Source of the DNA: Octopus bimaculoides
Lineage: Eukaryota
Length of the DNA stretch: 64,000 nucleotides
Direction of reading: 5' to 3'
NCBI RefSeq assembly: GCF_001194135.2
Contig: NC_069005.1
Span: forward strand, 27,320,991-27,384,990
The notes under the pieces were generated by a model. The model saw only the letters and a program-made list of their open reading frames with translations, ran no database searches and was not told where the DNA came from. The position numbers were made by a program, and so were the translations under genes. Shown here one piece after another: positions 35,401-48,800 of the stretch (positions are counted from its first letter, which is position 1; each line of letters opens with the position of its first letter).

Positions 35401-38400
35401 NNNNNNNNNNNNNNNNNNNNNNNNNNNNNNNNNNNNNNNNNNNNNNNNNNNNNNNNNNNNNNNNNNNNNNNNNNNNNNNNNNNNNNNNNNNNNNNNNNNN
35501 NNNNNNNNNNNNNNNNNNNNNNNNNNNNNNNNNNNNNNNNNNNNNNNNNNNNNNNNNNNNNNNNNNNNNNNNNNNNNNNNNNNNNNNNNNNNNNNNNNNN
35601 NNNNNNNNNNNNNNNNNNNNNNNNNNNNNNNNNNNNNNNNNNNNNNNNNNNNNNNNNNNNNNNNNNNNNNNNNNNNNNNNNNNNNNNNNNNNNNNNNNNN
35701 NNNNNNNNNNNNNNNNNNNNNNNNNNNNNNNNNNNNNNNNNNNNNNNNNNNNNNNNNNNNNNNNNNNNNNNNNNNNNNNNNNNNNNNNNNNNNNNNNNNN
35801 NNNNNNNNNNNNNNNNNNNNNNNNNNNNNNNNNNNNNNNNNNNNNNNNNNNNNNNNNNNNNNNNNNNNNNNNNNNNNNNNNNNNNNNNNNNNNNNNNNNN
35901 NNNNNNNNNNNNNNNNNNNNNNNNNNNNNNNNNNNNNNNNNNNNNNNNNNNNNNNNNNNNNNNNNNNNNNNNNNNNNNNNNNNNNNNNNNNNNNNNNNNN
36001 NNNNNNNNNNNNNNNNAAAGAGTAAATTTATTCAATAAAATTGCCACTGGCTTCAACCACGGCCTCCAGACAACTTCAGAATCTCCTGCAACTCTTCTGG
36101 ACAGTCTCCTTGTTTAAGTTGGTGAATGCTGCCATAATCCTTGCCTTCTGTTCATCTTTGGTGTTACAAGGACTTTTGTTGGTCTCTTGCACAACTGCAC
36201 CCCACACATAATAATCAAGGGTGTTGCAGTGTAGGGAGTTAGGTGGCCAAATGTTAGGGGTGATGTGATCGCAGAAATTGTCTGACAGCCATGACAGGGT
36301 TCTCCTGCTTGTGTGGCATGGTGCAGAATCCTGTTGTAAGACATAGGGCGTTACAGTAGCCACCCTCTTGACCTAGGGCAGTACTGCCTCCTCCAGGCAC
36401 TTGATGTAGGCCTCCATGTTGAGTCTGAGGCGATGTGAGAAGAAGAATAGAGGCATAATGTCACCATCACTAGTGATCACTCAAAAGACCATGATGTTGA
36501 CTGGATGTTTGATTTTTATCCCTCTCAGTACATGTCCTCAGATTGACACCCAAACACTCTCAGATGTTTATATTGGAGCTTCCGGCGTCAATGCCAAGCA
36601 GTACAGTGTCATTTCCATTTGCAGTTTGTTCAGCTTAAATCCCCTCAAGGCACTGCCGCAGCATTTCTGCAGCTCAGTGACTGAAACAAGTAAAAGATAT
36701 AAGATAAAGCTTTATTTGATTTAAAGACTAGTATTTGTAACAAGTATGGGCGATATAAAATTGCTCCTATTCTTCTTCTTACTTCTGTAAATGGTGGTGG
36801 TGGTGACTGGTTAAAACATGTAGCCAAAACCTCTAAAACAGGAAGTATGCACATAGACACATGATAACCTTGTGAGTTTTGATTTAACAAATTATTAAAT
36901 CAGTATTTGTATTGTGGGGACAGAGAGAGGGAGAAAGAAGGAGAGAGAAAGAACAAATATATTGATATGTTGATAATTTGATAATGTTTCACTGACCTTT
37001 TTGGCAGTCGTTACCTTCATAACCAGGAGCACATCCTTCACTCGAACACGTGCCAGATTGAGGATTGCATTTACTGTTATCAGCACAGTGACAAGTGTTG
37101 TTACACTCAGGGCCATACGTATTGTTCTTGCAAGCTTGAAAATCAAAATCAATTAAGTTTAATGAGTAATTCTATAAAATATATATTTCTTTAAAAAAAA
37201 ACAAAAAAAAAAACACCAGCATCCTCGTCATCATTTAACATCCATTTTCCATGCTGGCATCGGTTAGGCAGATTGGCAGCAGCTGATAAGATAGAGCAGG
37301 GGTTTTCAAACTTTTTGACTCGCGGACCCCTTTATATTTTAGGCTTTACCTTATAAAATAGGTTTATTGTCAATTAAAAGATTTCGATTAAGAAACATAT
37401 ATAAAATCAAATTGCCCATAAAAAGTATTTGCTGTCCACAGACCCCGTCTTGTCCTTGCGGACCCCCTGTGGTCTGCGGACCACAGTTTGAAAACCCCTG
37501 AGATAGAGGCCTACATCAAGCTCTAATGCAGTGCTTCTCAACCATTCTTTTTTTTTTATCTATGGACCCCTTTGATTACTATTTTATTTTGGTGGAGCCC
37601 TATAGCCTCTCGATGTTTAAAAACTAGTTTTATAGAAACTTCTTCCAAAATCCAAAATTCCTATTTTGTTTTTCAAACATAGACTTGTGTAGGTTGAACT
37701 ATGTAAAACATTAAATAAAGAGACTGAGTCATTCCTTGCAATAAATACATCAAAATCAAAAATTTTTTCATGGCTTGTTAATATTTTACTGTGTTCCCAA
37801 TTAACTAATTTGCATGTGTGGAACACCTAAAATCTTATTATGGAACCCCAGAGGACTTATGAACCCCAGTTGAGAACTACTGCTCTAATATCTGTTTTGG
37901 CATGTTTTCTATGGTTACATGTCTTTCCTTATGCCAACCACTTCAGAGAGTGTGCACTGGGCACTTTTTACATGGCCCTAGTGAGGTCACCAAATAACTC
38001 ACAGGACAAAACCCTCACCTCAACTGAGCAGTATCAAGGGAGGTAGCTTTATTCCAGTTGATGAGATGTTAAAGGATGGTAAAGGGATAAAAACAGGTGT
38101 CTTGCAGCAGAGGAGATAGATGGCTATTCTCCCAGTTGGAATCCTTTACTCACCTGATTGACAGTCTGGCTCAATGAAGCCAGCTTCACACTGACCATGG
38201 CCACCATCACAAAATCCATTTGTCCTGTTGCACTGTGTGACATTCTTGCAGTGACATCTTTCTTCACAGTTCACTCCAAACTGACCCTCTCCACACTCTG
38301 CAATGGAGAACATAACAGTTGGAACATAAGTTCAGCTTTTGTAGAAGTCGTTAAAACAGAGAAATCTAGCAACTGAACAAAATGCCAAAAAAATAAGGCA

Positions 38401-38435
38401 AACTAAAGATTTTAAATTCTGTCAAATAGCAGAAG

Positions 38436-38501
<66 letters not shown>

Positions 38502-41500
38502 GCCCGGATGCAGTACCAGGCAGTGCCTCATGGCTTTTGATCTTAACTGATTGGAAGTATTCTCACGTACATTGTTTTGTCTTGGTATAAAAGATGGGCT
38601 ACAGCAAATATTCTGCTCAAGACCACAGATCTGCTTGTCAGTGGTTTGATCTTAACCGGTTGAGCATGTCTCTTAGTGGCTGACAATATGTGCATCTCTG
38701 ATCATGAGCAGAAGTAGTAGGGGAGCATCATAGCCGTGTGTTGAAAGGAATCGACCTGAAGAAAATTTTAACTGGGACCCACCTGCAAGGTCATGCACTG
38801 TTAATCTTGGTACGAGATCACCATGTCACACATATATGGTTGTGATGCATGTTTTGGAATGGAATGAAAACATTCCTTTTTTTAAAACAACTTGTGAATG
38901 GAGATGAAAAATAGATTGTGTATGAAGACGTAGTACAAAAAAGATCCTGGAGTTTGCGTACATATGGTTGTGATGCATGTGCCTGGTGTACCCTTATCAA
39001 ATGAGTAGTCATGATGGGTATACTGGGATTCATATATTTTACCCCAGTGTCACTTTGATGGCATGCACTGCTCTCTCATTCAATAATAATAATAATATGA
39101 ATAAATAAAAAAGAAAAAACAAAAAAATATTAAAAAAAGCTGACCTTTCTGGCAGTTTTCCCCATGGTACCCTGGTGCACATCCAACAGCCGAACAAAAT
39201 CCAGATTCAGGGTCACATTGGTTATTATCAATGCAGTGGCACTGGTGTTTGCAATTTGGACCAAACTGACCTTTCTTGCACACTGAAAGAATGGTATTTT
39301 TAACACTGATTAACAGTTAGGATAGATGAAAATAACGAGGAAAATATCAACAATCAACTTCCACCATCAATTTCTCTTATCCACATCTTTCACGACCAAA
39401 TGTTAGTGGAAACTAAGTCACATGGAGCTGAATTAAACTGTTTTAAATAATATATGTAACTCCTACTAAATATGTTTGGTGCCTTTTTCTTTTGTTTGTC
39501 CACACACCTATCTGTATATATATATAATTAACATAATATGGTAAAAATTCGATATTAATTAATATCAATTTAATACCAGGAAACTAGCACATTAAAAGAA
39601 TAAGAAGGTTCTTGAAAAAATTTTTCGAGATCCTAAAAAAATTATAGTACTTGTGTATATAAGATTGACCAGTGACCGGTCTGTCAAAATGCTAGAAGAA
39701 GCTCACTTAAAAAATTCTCAAATACGGATTCAGCGGAGCAAAAACAGGCGGGCTAGACCAGTGAAAATTGTACATACCTCGATTATCTGCAGACTATAGT
39801 TTCAAAATCAACACTTTCAAAATAAAAATGTCTACAATTTTCACTGGTCTAGCCCGCCTGTTTTTGCTCCGCTGAATCCGTATTTGAGAATTTTTTAAGT
39901 GAGCTTCTTCTAGCAGTTTGACAGACCGGTCACTGGTCAATCTTATATACACATGTATATATATCTATATATATATATATATATGTGTATGTACATACAT
40001 ACACACAAACACATATATATACATATATATACGTATATATACATATATGATGGGGTGCTGAAAAATTTAAGGGTATCTCAAAAGATTTGGTTGGAGGCAC
40101 AACCTTCTGAATTCTTTTACAGGGCTTAGAAAAAAACTGAAGGACCACTGTAATAAGTGTGTGAATCTGAGAGGGGAATATGTTGAATAAAATCATAATT
40201 AACTGATCCTCCCATATTTTCTTTTACTCAAAGCCAGAATCTTTTCAATATCCCTTGTATGTGTGTGTGCACGTGCGTGTATGTATTACTGTTTCCTTGC
40301 CTTGGCACCTATGACAGTTGTAAATGAATGTCACTCTCATACAAGATGTGTCCTTCACTCCAAATCTTCCATGAAAACATCCTGCATCATAGGGAAATAT
40401 TCTTTTCTACTCTAGTCACCAGGCCTGAAATTTTGGGGATGGGGCCAGTCGATTAGATCGACCCCAGTATGCAAGGATGGAAGGCAGAGTCAACCTCAGC
40501 AGATTTTGAACTCAGAACGTAAAGACAGATGAAACACCGCTAAGCATTTTGCCTGGATTGCCAACGTTTCTGCCAGCTTGTTGCCTTTGTTATAGGGAAA
40601 TATTACCTTGGAAATGGGTGAAGGTTGACAACAGGAAGATCATCTGGCTGTAGAAAATCTGCTTTGGCAAAATACCTTCTGACCCATGACGGCATGGAAA
40701 AGTGGACATAAAAATGACAATGGTGATGATGACGAAAGGCCACACACAAAGATCTATATAAAGGCTACATACAAAGATCACACCCAAGGACATCATGTAA
40801 AGGTTACATACAAAGACTGCATGCAATGATGAATTGAACTGAACTGAAATGGAGAGAGAAGAACAGTTAATATTTCCACTCACTTTTCTGACAAGTAGAC
40901 CCAGTGTAACCATCTTGGCAAATGCCGTCATAACACGAACCGTATATCTGATTACACTGGGATATATTCATGCAATGACATTGTTCGTGGCAGTTAAGAC
41001 CAAACGTTCCAGCTGTACACACTGAAAAGATACAATAATAATCTTTAACTGGTAATAGATGAGGAACAGATGTTTCATTAATAACAACAGCTATCAGTTA
41101 TAATTTCTTACCTAGGCTGAAGGTAAGAATTTAAGTGGATGGGGGAAAATTATGGATTAAATCAATCCCAGTATTTGACTGATATTGTATCAACTTCTGA
41201 AGGCTGAAAGGCAAAGCTGACATTAGCATGATGCAAAGAGCCAGAACAAAGTCCGCAGAATAAGACCCACAGATGCTCTAATAATTCTACCAAACCAGCG
41301 CCTTATATAACAATAATAATAATCCTTTCTACTAAAGGCACAAAACCTGAAATTTAGTTGGGGCAGGGGCTATTGGGTCTCATTGACACCAGTGTTTCAC
41401 TGGTACTTAATTTATTGACCCCGAAAGGATGAAACGCAAAGTCTACCTTGGTGGAATTTGAACTCAGAGTGTAGCGGCAGATGAAATACCGCTAAGCATT

Positions 41501-42828
41501 TCACCCAGCATGCTAACGATTCTACCAGCTCACCACCACCTTACATAATAATAATAATAATAATAATAATGGTTTCAGATTTTGCCACAAGGGCAGTAAT
41601 TTTGAGGGAGGGGATGAGTTGATTATGTCAACCCCAGTGCTCAACTGGTACTTATTTTATTGATCCCGAAAGGATGAAAGCAAAGTTGACCTCAACGGAA
41701 TTTGAACTCAGAACTAAGTAACGGCTGAAATACCACTAAGCATTTCATCCAGCGTGCTAACGATTCTGCCAGCTCGTTGCCTTAATTATAATAATAATTA
41801 TAATAATAATTATAATACTGGTTTCAAATTTTAGCACTAGGCCAGTAATTTCAGTGTGAGGTTAAGTTGATTACATTGACCTGAGGAAGAGGTGGACGAA
41901 GAAGAAAGCCTTTATATGTATGTTCACGTATACCTATTGAATACGCATATATTAGTTTACTTGGCAAGTTCTGAGCATCTTTTAATATGCAAAAAGGGAT
42001 ATAGATAATTGACCTTGCAATAAATCTTATTCAATGAAATAATTCCCATTATTATTGACTTTTGTCTATTAGGCAATTTGAATATTCCATCAGCATAAAA
42101 TTTGAATGGTTTTGAAGAAAAAAAAGTTATGTTGATGCATTCTGACTCCATCGTTAAATATTTTTCCTGGCAGTGAGTTCTTTAGAGACAAAAACAAGTG
42201 ATAGATGCCTTGATGAGTTTTAGATGGTATATCATGGGATCAATTTGTTTGACTAAAACTCAGCAAGGCTGCAGTCCAATGATTGAAACAAGTAAATGAT
42301 GAACAATAACTGAAAGTAAAATCTCGAATTAAGAATTCAGACCAAACTTCATACAAACCTGACTGACAGTTGTCTCCTTGGAAACCAGCAGCACATCCGA
42401 CACTGGAGCACACTCCAGATTTAGTGTCACATCGGTTATTGTCGGCACAATGGCACAAATGTTTACAGTTAGGACCAAAGTATCCTCTTTTACATTCTGA
42501 AATACAAATATTCACCGTCAAAACTGATATCAATGGTTGTTATTTAATGACTAAGATAGACTGCAGAGATATGTGATATCATATACTTGCACGTTGAGAG
42601 TGTTCTGTAATAGCTGAGGTGGAGTGAGATATATACAATATACAATACATGAAGCTGTATGGTGTATATCATATATGTGAAACTGCATGGTATATAGTTA
42701 CTTGTGAAGAAATGTAGAATATGTGAGAAGATGAGTTTGTAGCTGACTTACTGTTCTGACTATATTCCCATCAACTGGTTCATATTTTGAATTGCTTTTA
42801 ACTGAGAAAGAGCTTATATAATGGATGC

Positions 42829-42874
<46 letters not shown>

Positions 42875-45800
42875 AATTATATTATTTTATAGATATTGTT
42901 ATTAATTATAGGCACAGGAGTGGCTGTGTGGTAAGTAGCTTGCTTACCAACCACATGGTTCCGGGTTCAGTCCGACTGCGTGGCACCTTGGGCAAGTGTT
43001 TTCTAACAATTCTGCCAGTGTGTCATAGAAACCAGAAATATTCAGAACACCTCATGTAACAAGGGACTTACCAGTTTGACAATCCGTCCCAGTGTAACCT
43101 GCTTCACAGATATTGTTATGGCAAGAACCATCAATTCCATTACACAGAGTGTTATTACTGCAGTGACACTTCCCTTCGCAGTTCATACCAAACGTACCAG
43201 CTGGACACACTGTAATATAGAAAGAAGTGAGGATGATAATGATAATGATAATAATAATCCTTTCTACTAAAGGTACAAGGCCTGAAATTTTGGAGGAGGG
43301 GACTAGATTACATTGACCCCCAGTGTTTCACTGGTACTTAATTTATCAACCCTGAAAGGGAATTTGAACTCAGAACATAGTGGCAGATGAAATACCGCTA
43401 AGCATTTCACCTGGCATGCTAATGGTTCTGCCAGCTCAGTACCTTAATAATACAAATTATAATAATAATAATAATAATAATAATGATGATAATAATAACA
43501 ACAATGATAATGATGATGATGATGCAGCACCTCAATGCCATGATGCAGTACCAGGTAGTGGCTCTCATGGCTTCTGATCTTAATTGATTGGAAGTGTTAT
43601 CATGTACATTGTTTTGTCTTGGCATAAAAGATGGTCTACAGCAGATATTCTGCTCAACACCACAGATTTGCTTGTCAGTTGCTTGACCTTAACCAATTGA
43701 GCACATCCCTTAGTGTGCTGACAATATGTGCATCTCTGATCATGAGCAGAAGTAGTGGGGGAGCATCATAGTCATGTGTTGAGAGGAATTCTTTGGGGTT
43801 TGGATAATTCACCTTTAGAAACATGGGTGTTTCATTCAATGCTGCTAATCGCTTTGCCTGGCATGCCAATGATCCTGTCAGCTTGCTGGCTTAAAAAAGG
43901 TGGGGCATAATAATGATAATGATAACAATGGTGCAAGGCCAGCAATTTCGGGGAGAGAATAAGTTGGTTACATTGACCTGAGTGCTCGACTGCTCCTTAT
44001 TTTAGCCCCTGAAAAGAGGAAAGGCAAAGTTGACCTTGGCAGCATTTGAACTCAGAACATGAGGACGTGAAATGCCGCTAAGCAATTTTTCCAGCATGCT
44101 AATGATTCTGCCAGCTCACCGCCTTGCTGTTATACTCATAATATCCTTTCTATCATAGGCATGAATGAGGCCTGGATTTTTACGGGGGGGTGGACAACCG
44201 ATTACATTGACCCCAGTACATGGCGATGATGATGATGATGAAAGGGATGACAATGATGACGAACAATATGATGATGATGACAATAACCATGGTGATGATA
44301 ATGAATGCAATAACGGCAATGACAATGATGAAGATGACAATTATGATGTTGATGACGATAATCATGATGATGATTGCACATGAGTGTGATGATGAAGATG
44401 ACAAAAATATGATGAGGATGGTGATAATATTTTAGATATTTATCATCTTAATGATTATAAACATTACTTTTAACGATGATAATAGCAAACAATAATGATT
44501 GTGATGAGGGTGGTGAGGCCGATAACATTGATGATACAAATAGAAATACTGATGCTGATGATGGTGAAGATGGTGATGGTGGTGGTCATGGTGATGGATA
44601 GTGATGATGGTAGTGGTGGAGGTGGCAATGAAACAATTGCTTTTTATATTTTGCTAACTACAGACCTGTTTGACAGTTGTCTCCTTTGAAACCGGCAGCA
44701 CACCCAACACTGGAACATACTCCTGATGCTGTGTCACAGTGCTTGCTGTCTGCACAATGGCACTGAGATTTACAGTTGGTGCCAAAGTATCCTTTCTGGC
44801 ATTCTGAAATTCAGAAAAGGTAATATATTAATAACATGTATATGGACAATACGAGGTCTACACCTTACATAGTAATTTGGCCATCATCATCATCATCATC
44901 GTTTAACATCCACTTATCATGCAGGCATGGGTTGGACGGTTTGACTGAGGACTGGCAAGCCAGGAGGCAGCACCAGGCTATAATCTGATCTGGCAAGGTT
45001 TCTACAGCTGGATGTCCTTCCTAATGCCAACCACTCCGACATTGACCACGTTTGGATGGTGCTTTTTGTGCCACCAACACGGGAACCAGTCAGGGGGCAC
45101 CAACATCGTTATTCTAGGGAAAGGCAAAGGCTGATACAGCTTAGCACCAGTGATGTTGCAACTCATTTCTAAAGCTGAGTGAAATGGAACAGCGTGAGAT
45201 AGTGTCTTGCTCAAGAACACAACACACAGCCTGGTCCAGGAATTGAACTCACTACCTCAACACAAACAAACATCTGAGATCTGTGCCACCCTATATCACA
45301 TACACCTCCCCTACCCTCCACAAACCCCCATGTTTATATAAAACCTACACACCTCAATATTGCCTACTTAATTACATCACATGCTGAAGGAATGCAAATA
45401 AAAATGTCATCTTAATGCGCCCACTTCAACTTACCTGTCTGACAATCAAGGCCCATATATCCAGGTAAACAGATACCATCATGGCACATACCATTAGTGG
45501 TGTTACACTGGCTTTTGTTGAGACAATGGCAGTTGTATTGACAATTTTCACCAAAGGTTCCAGGAGAACACACTGAAATAAAACAGGAATATTTATAAAA
45601 TAATCAGGCATGGCTGTGTGGTAAGAAGCTTGTTTTCCAACCACATGATTCTGGGTTCAGTCCCACTGTGTGGCACTTTGGGCAAGTGTCTTCTACAATA
45701 GCCTTGGATTTGGTAGATGGAAACTGCAAGAAGCCCATTGTGTGTGTATGTGAGTGTGTGTGTGTGTGTGCATGTATGTGTGCGTCTGTGACTTAGTGGT

Positions 45801-48800
45801 GTACCTGTAACTTAGAAGACGGAAAATAATGTTTTTATTTTCTTTTTGTTTGCTTCCATTTTATTTATATTTGAAAAGCTTTCTCCTTTGTTTCTGTTTT
45901 TTTTTTTTTTTAATTGCAAAGAGTTTGATATCATTAAAATTAATTTTACGTAAAACTTCTGCTTCCAATACTTAGAAGAGACTAGACATTACAAATATTA
46001 TTTTAGCAGGCTTAAAGTGATTTCTTTCATGCTGCAAACCCATTTTCTTTTCTGTTGTGCCCCTGTCTCTTGATACCCTAAACACGTGCTTATTTTGCTT
46101 ACTGGTTAATCCAGGGCTGCATGGCAAGATATGGGAACACATGGGATTATGAAACAGGGAGAGAACATTGCAAGGATTTAAGAATTATGAGTTTTGAAAG
46201 TTGTTTGAGGAATTACAGAATTACATATTCCGAAAGTTATTTTAAATCAAATTACAGCATGATAGTATTACGATTTAGATGAATGTCTTTATAATATCAC
46301 TTACATTAAATTTTAAATATTTGTCCCGTAAGTCAGGACAGGAGCGGTGAATGTATTAGCAACAAAATCAGAAATACAGACCTGACTGGCAGCTGTCCCC
46401 TTTGAAACCAGCAGCACATCCTACGCTAGAACATACTCCAGATTTAAAGTTACAATGGTCATTGTCAGCACAGTGGCATAAATATTTGCAGTTCAAACCA
46501 AAATATCCCTTTTTACATTCTGAAATAGAAAATTATAATAACTTCAAATATTAATGAAAGATGATGAAGATACGGTTGCATAACGAAATCCCATGTACCT
46601 ACAAATCGTTGTAGTGGTGTTGGCATAGGAATGTGCAGATAAAGAATTTGGAGACAGTCAGAGTGTGACAGGGTAGTTAGGCTGAGGGCTTGACTGCAAT
46701 ATAGCAAAAGTGTCATTTATCTCTGCTTCTGTTCCACAAACCTAGGCATAGGAGTGGCTGTGTGGTAAGTAGCTTGCTTACAAACCACATGGTTCCGGGT
46801 TCAGTCCGACTGCGTGGCACCTTGGGCAAGTGTCTTCTACTATAGCCTCGGGCCGACCAAAGCCTTGTGAGTGGATTTGGTAGACGGAAACTGAAAGAAG
46901 CCCGTCGTATATATGTATGTATATATATANNNNNNNNNNNNNNNNNNNNNNNNNNNNNNNNNNNNNNNNNNNNNNNNNNNNNNNNNNNNNNNNNNNNNNN
47001 NNNNNNNNNNNNNNNNNNNNNNNNNCGGGAAAGGAAAGAAAGAGAATTTGACATTTCGAGTGAAGCTCTTCGTCGGAAACATAGGAAAGTCCAAAGAAGG
47101 GAAGACAGAGGAAGAAAAAAATCGCCAACGATATTCACGAGTGTGTGTATATGTTTGTCCCCGCAACATTGCTTGACAACCGATGCTGGTGTGTTTAGGT
47201 CCCCGTAAGTCCCCGTAACTTAGCGGTTCGGCAAAAGAGACCAATAGAATAAGTACTAGGCTTCCAAAGAATAAGTCCAGGGGCTGATTTGCTCGACTAA
47301 AGGCGGTGCTCCAGCATGGCCGCAGTCAAATAACTGAAACAAGTATAAGAGTAAAAGAGTAAAGAGTAAACCTAGCTGGCAGATGAACAAGGGAACTGAT
47401 TTTACAAGTCCCTTTTGCAGACTACCTTGTTGATGAATGACAATGATGTTATTATCATCTGGACAGCACTAGGCTTACAATTAATAAGTCCTGGGTCAAT
47501 TTCTTTAACTAAAAAACCTTTTAATGTAGTGCTCCAGCATGGTCACAGTCTAATGACTGAAACAACTAAAAGAATGAAAGAATAAAAGAATAAAAGAATA
47601 AAAGAATCATTTGGAATTTATCAAGAACGCTTGAGATACAATTGATCTAAAGATCTTATTTATTATTCTCCATCTGCCCATTTACATGAAATCAACCCCA
47701 GGACTTATTCTTTTTAAACCTAGCACTTATTCTGTCAGTCTCTTTTGCCAAACCGCTAAGTTATGGGAATGTAAACACACCAGCATCGGTTGTCAAGCAA
47801 TGGTGGAGGAACGAACAGACAGACAGCCCCTTGACTGGCTCCTGTGCCGGTGGCACATAAAAAGCACCATCCAAACGTGATCGTTGCCAGGCCTGCCTTA
47901 CTGGCTTCTGTGCTGGTGGCACATAAAAGCACCCGCTATACTCTTGCAGGCTTTGGTCAGCCGAGGCTTTAGTAGAGGACACTACACTTGCCCAAAGTGC
48001 CATGCAGTGGGACTGAACTTGGAACCATGTGGTTGGTAAGCAAGCTACTTACCAAACAGCCACACCCACGCCTATATTTGAGTGTACACATGCACGACGC
48101 CTAAAGTTTAGTATACTATTTTTGTTCGTGGATAATTTTGCTTTATGGAAGTTTAACCAGACGAAGAAAGGTAAAAGAAAGGAAACATTGTATTTAATTG
48201 ACCCTGAAAGGATGAAAGGCAAAGTTGACCTCGGCGGAATTTGAACTCAGAACGTAGCGGCAGACAAAATACCGCTAAGCATTTCGCCTGGCATGCTAAC
48301 GTTTCTCCCAGCTCGCCGCCTTTTCAATTCTTCTTTCAGTTTCCGTCTACCAAATTCACTCACAAGGTCTCGGGTGACCTGAGGTTGTAGTAGAAGACAC
48401 TTGCTCAAAGTGCCAAACAGTGGGACTGAACCTGGAACCATGTGGTTGGGAAGTGAGCTTCTTACCACACAGCCACTCCTGCGTCATACCTTCTTATCAC
48501 ACAGCCACGCCTGTATATATTCTAAATATAAACTTATATTGTTAAGGGTTTGCACAACCGTATAATAAAATAAACACGACTGCATAATAATATACCAAAA
48601 GCAATTGTTTTTTTTCGTTTCCTTGACTAATCATTCAACTATGAAATAGGAGCAGTGTTTGGTCTGTTTTCAAATAAGTTCACCTAGAGGGTGGTGGGGA
48701 GATAGGGGGAGAGAGAGAGGGAGAGGGAGAGTACAAAGCTTGCTTCCCAATCATGGGGTCTCGGGTACAGTCCCATTGCACAGCACCTTTCGACAAGAAT

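Noticed and set aside
34930-36540. A single Tc1/mariner element spanning the gap 35069-36016
   Set aside because: The HTH fragment is on + and the DD37D fragment is on -, so they are two separate remnants.
44116-44435. Poly-Asp, poly-Met, poly-Ser and poly-Ile ORFs
   Set aside because: Alternative frames of a degenerate (GAT)n tract inside an intron; no splice support.
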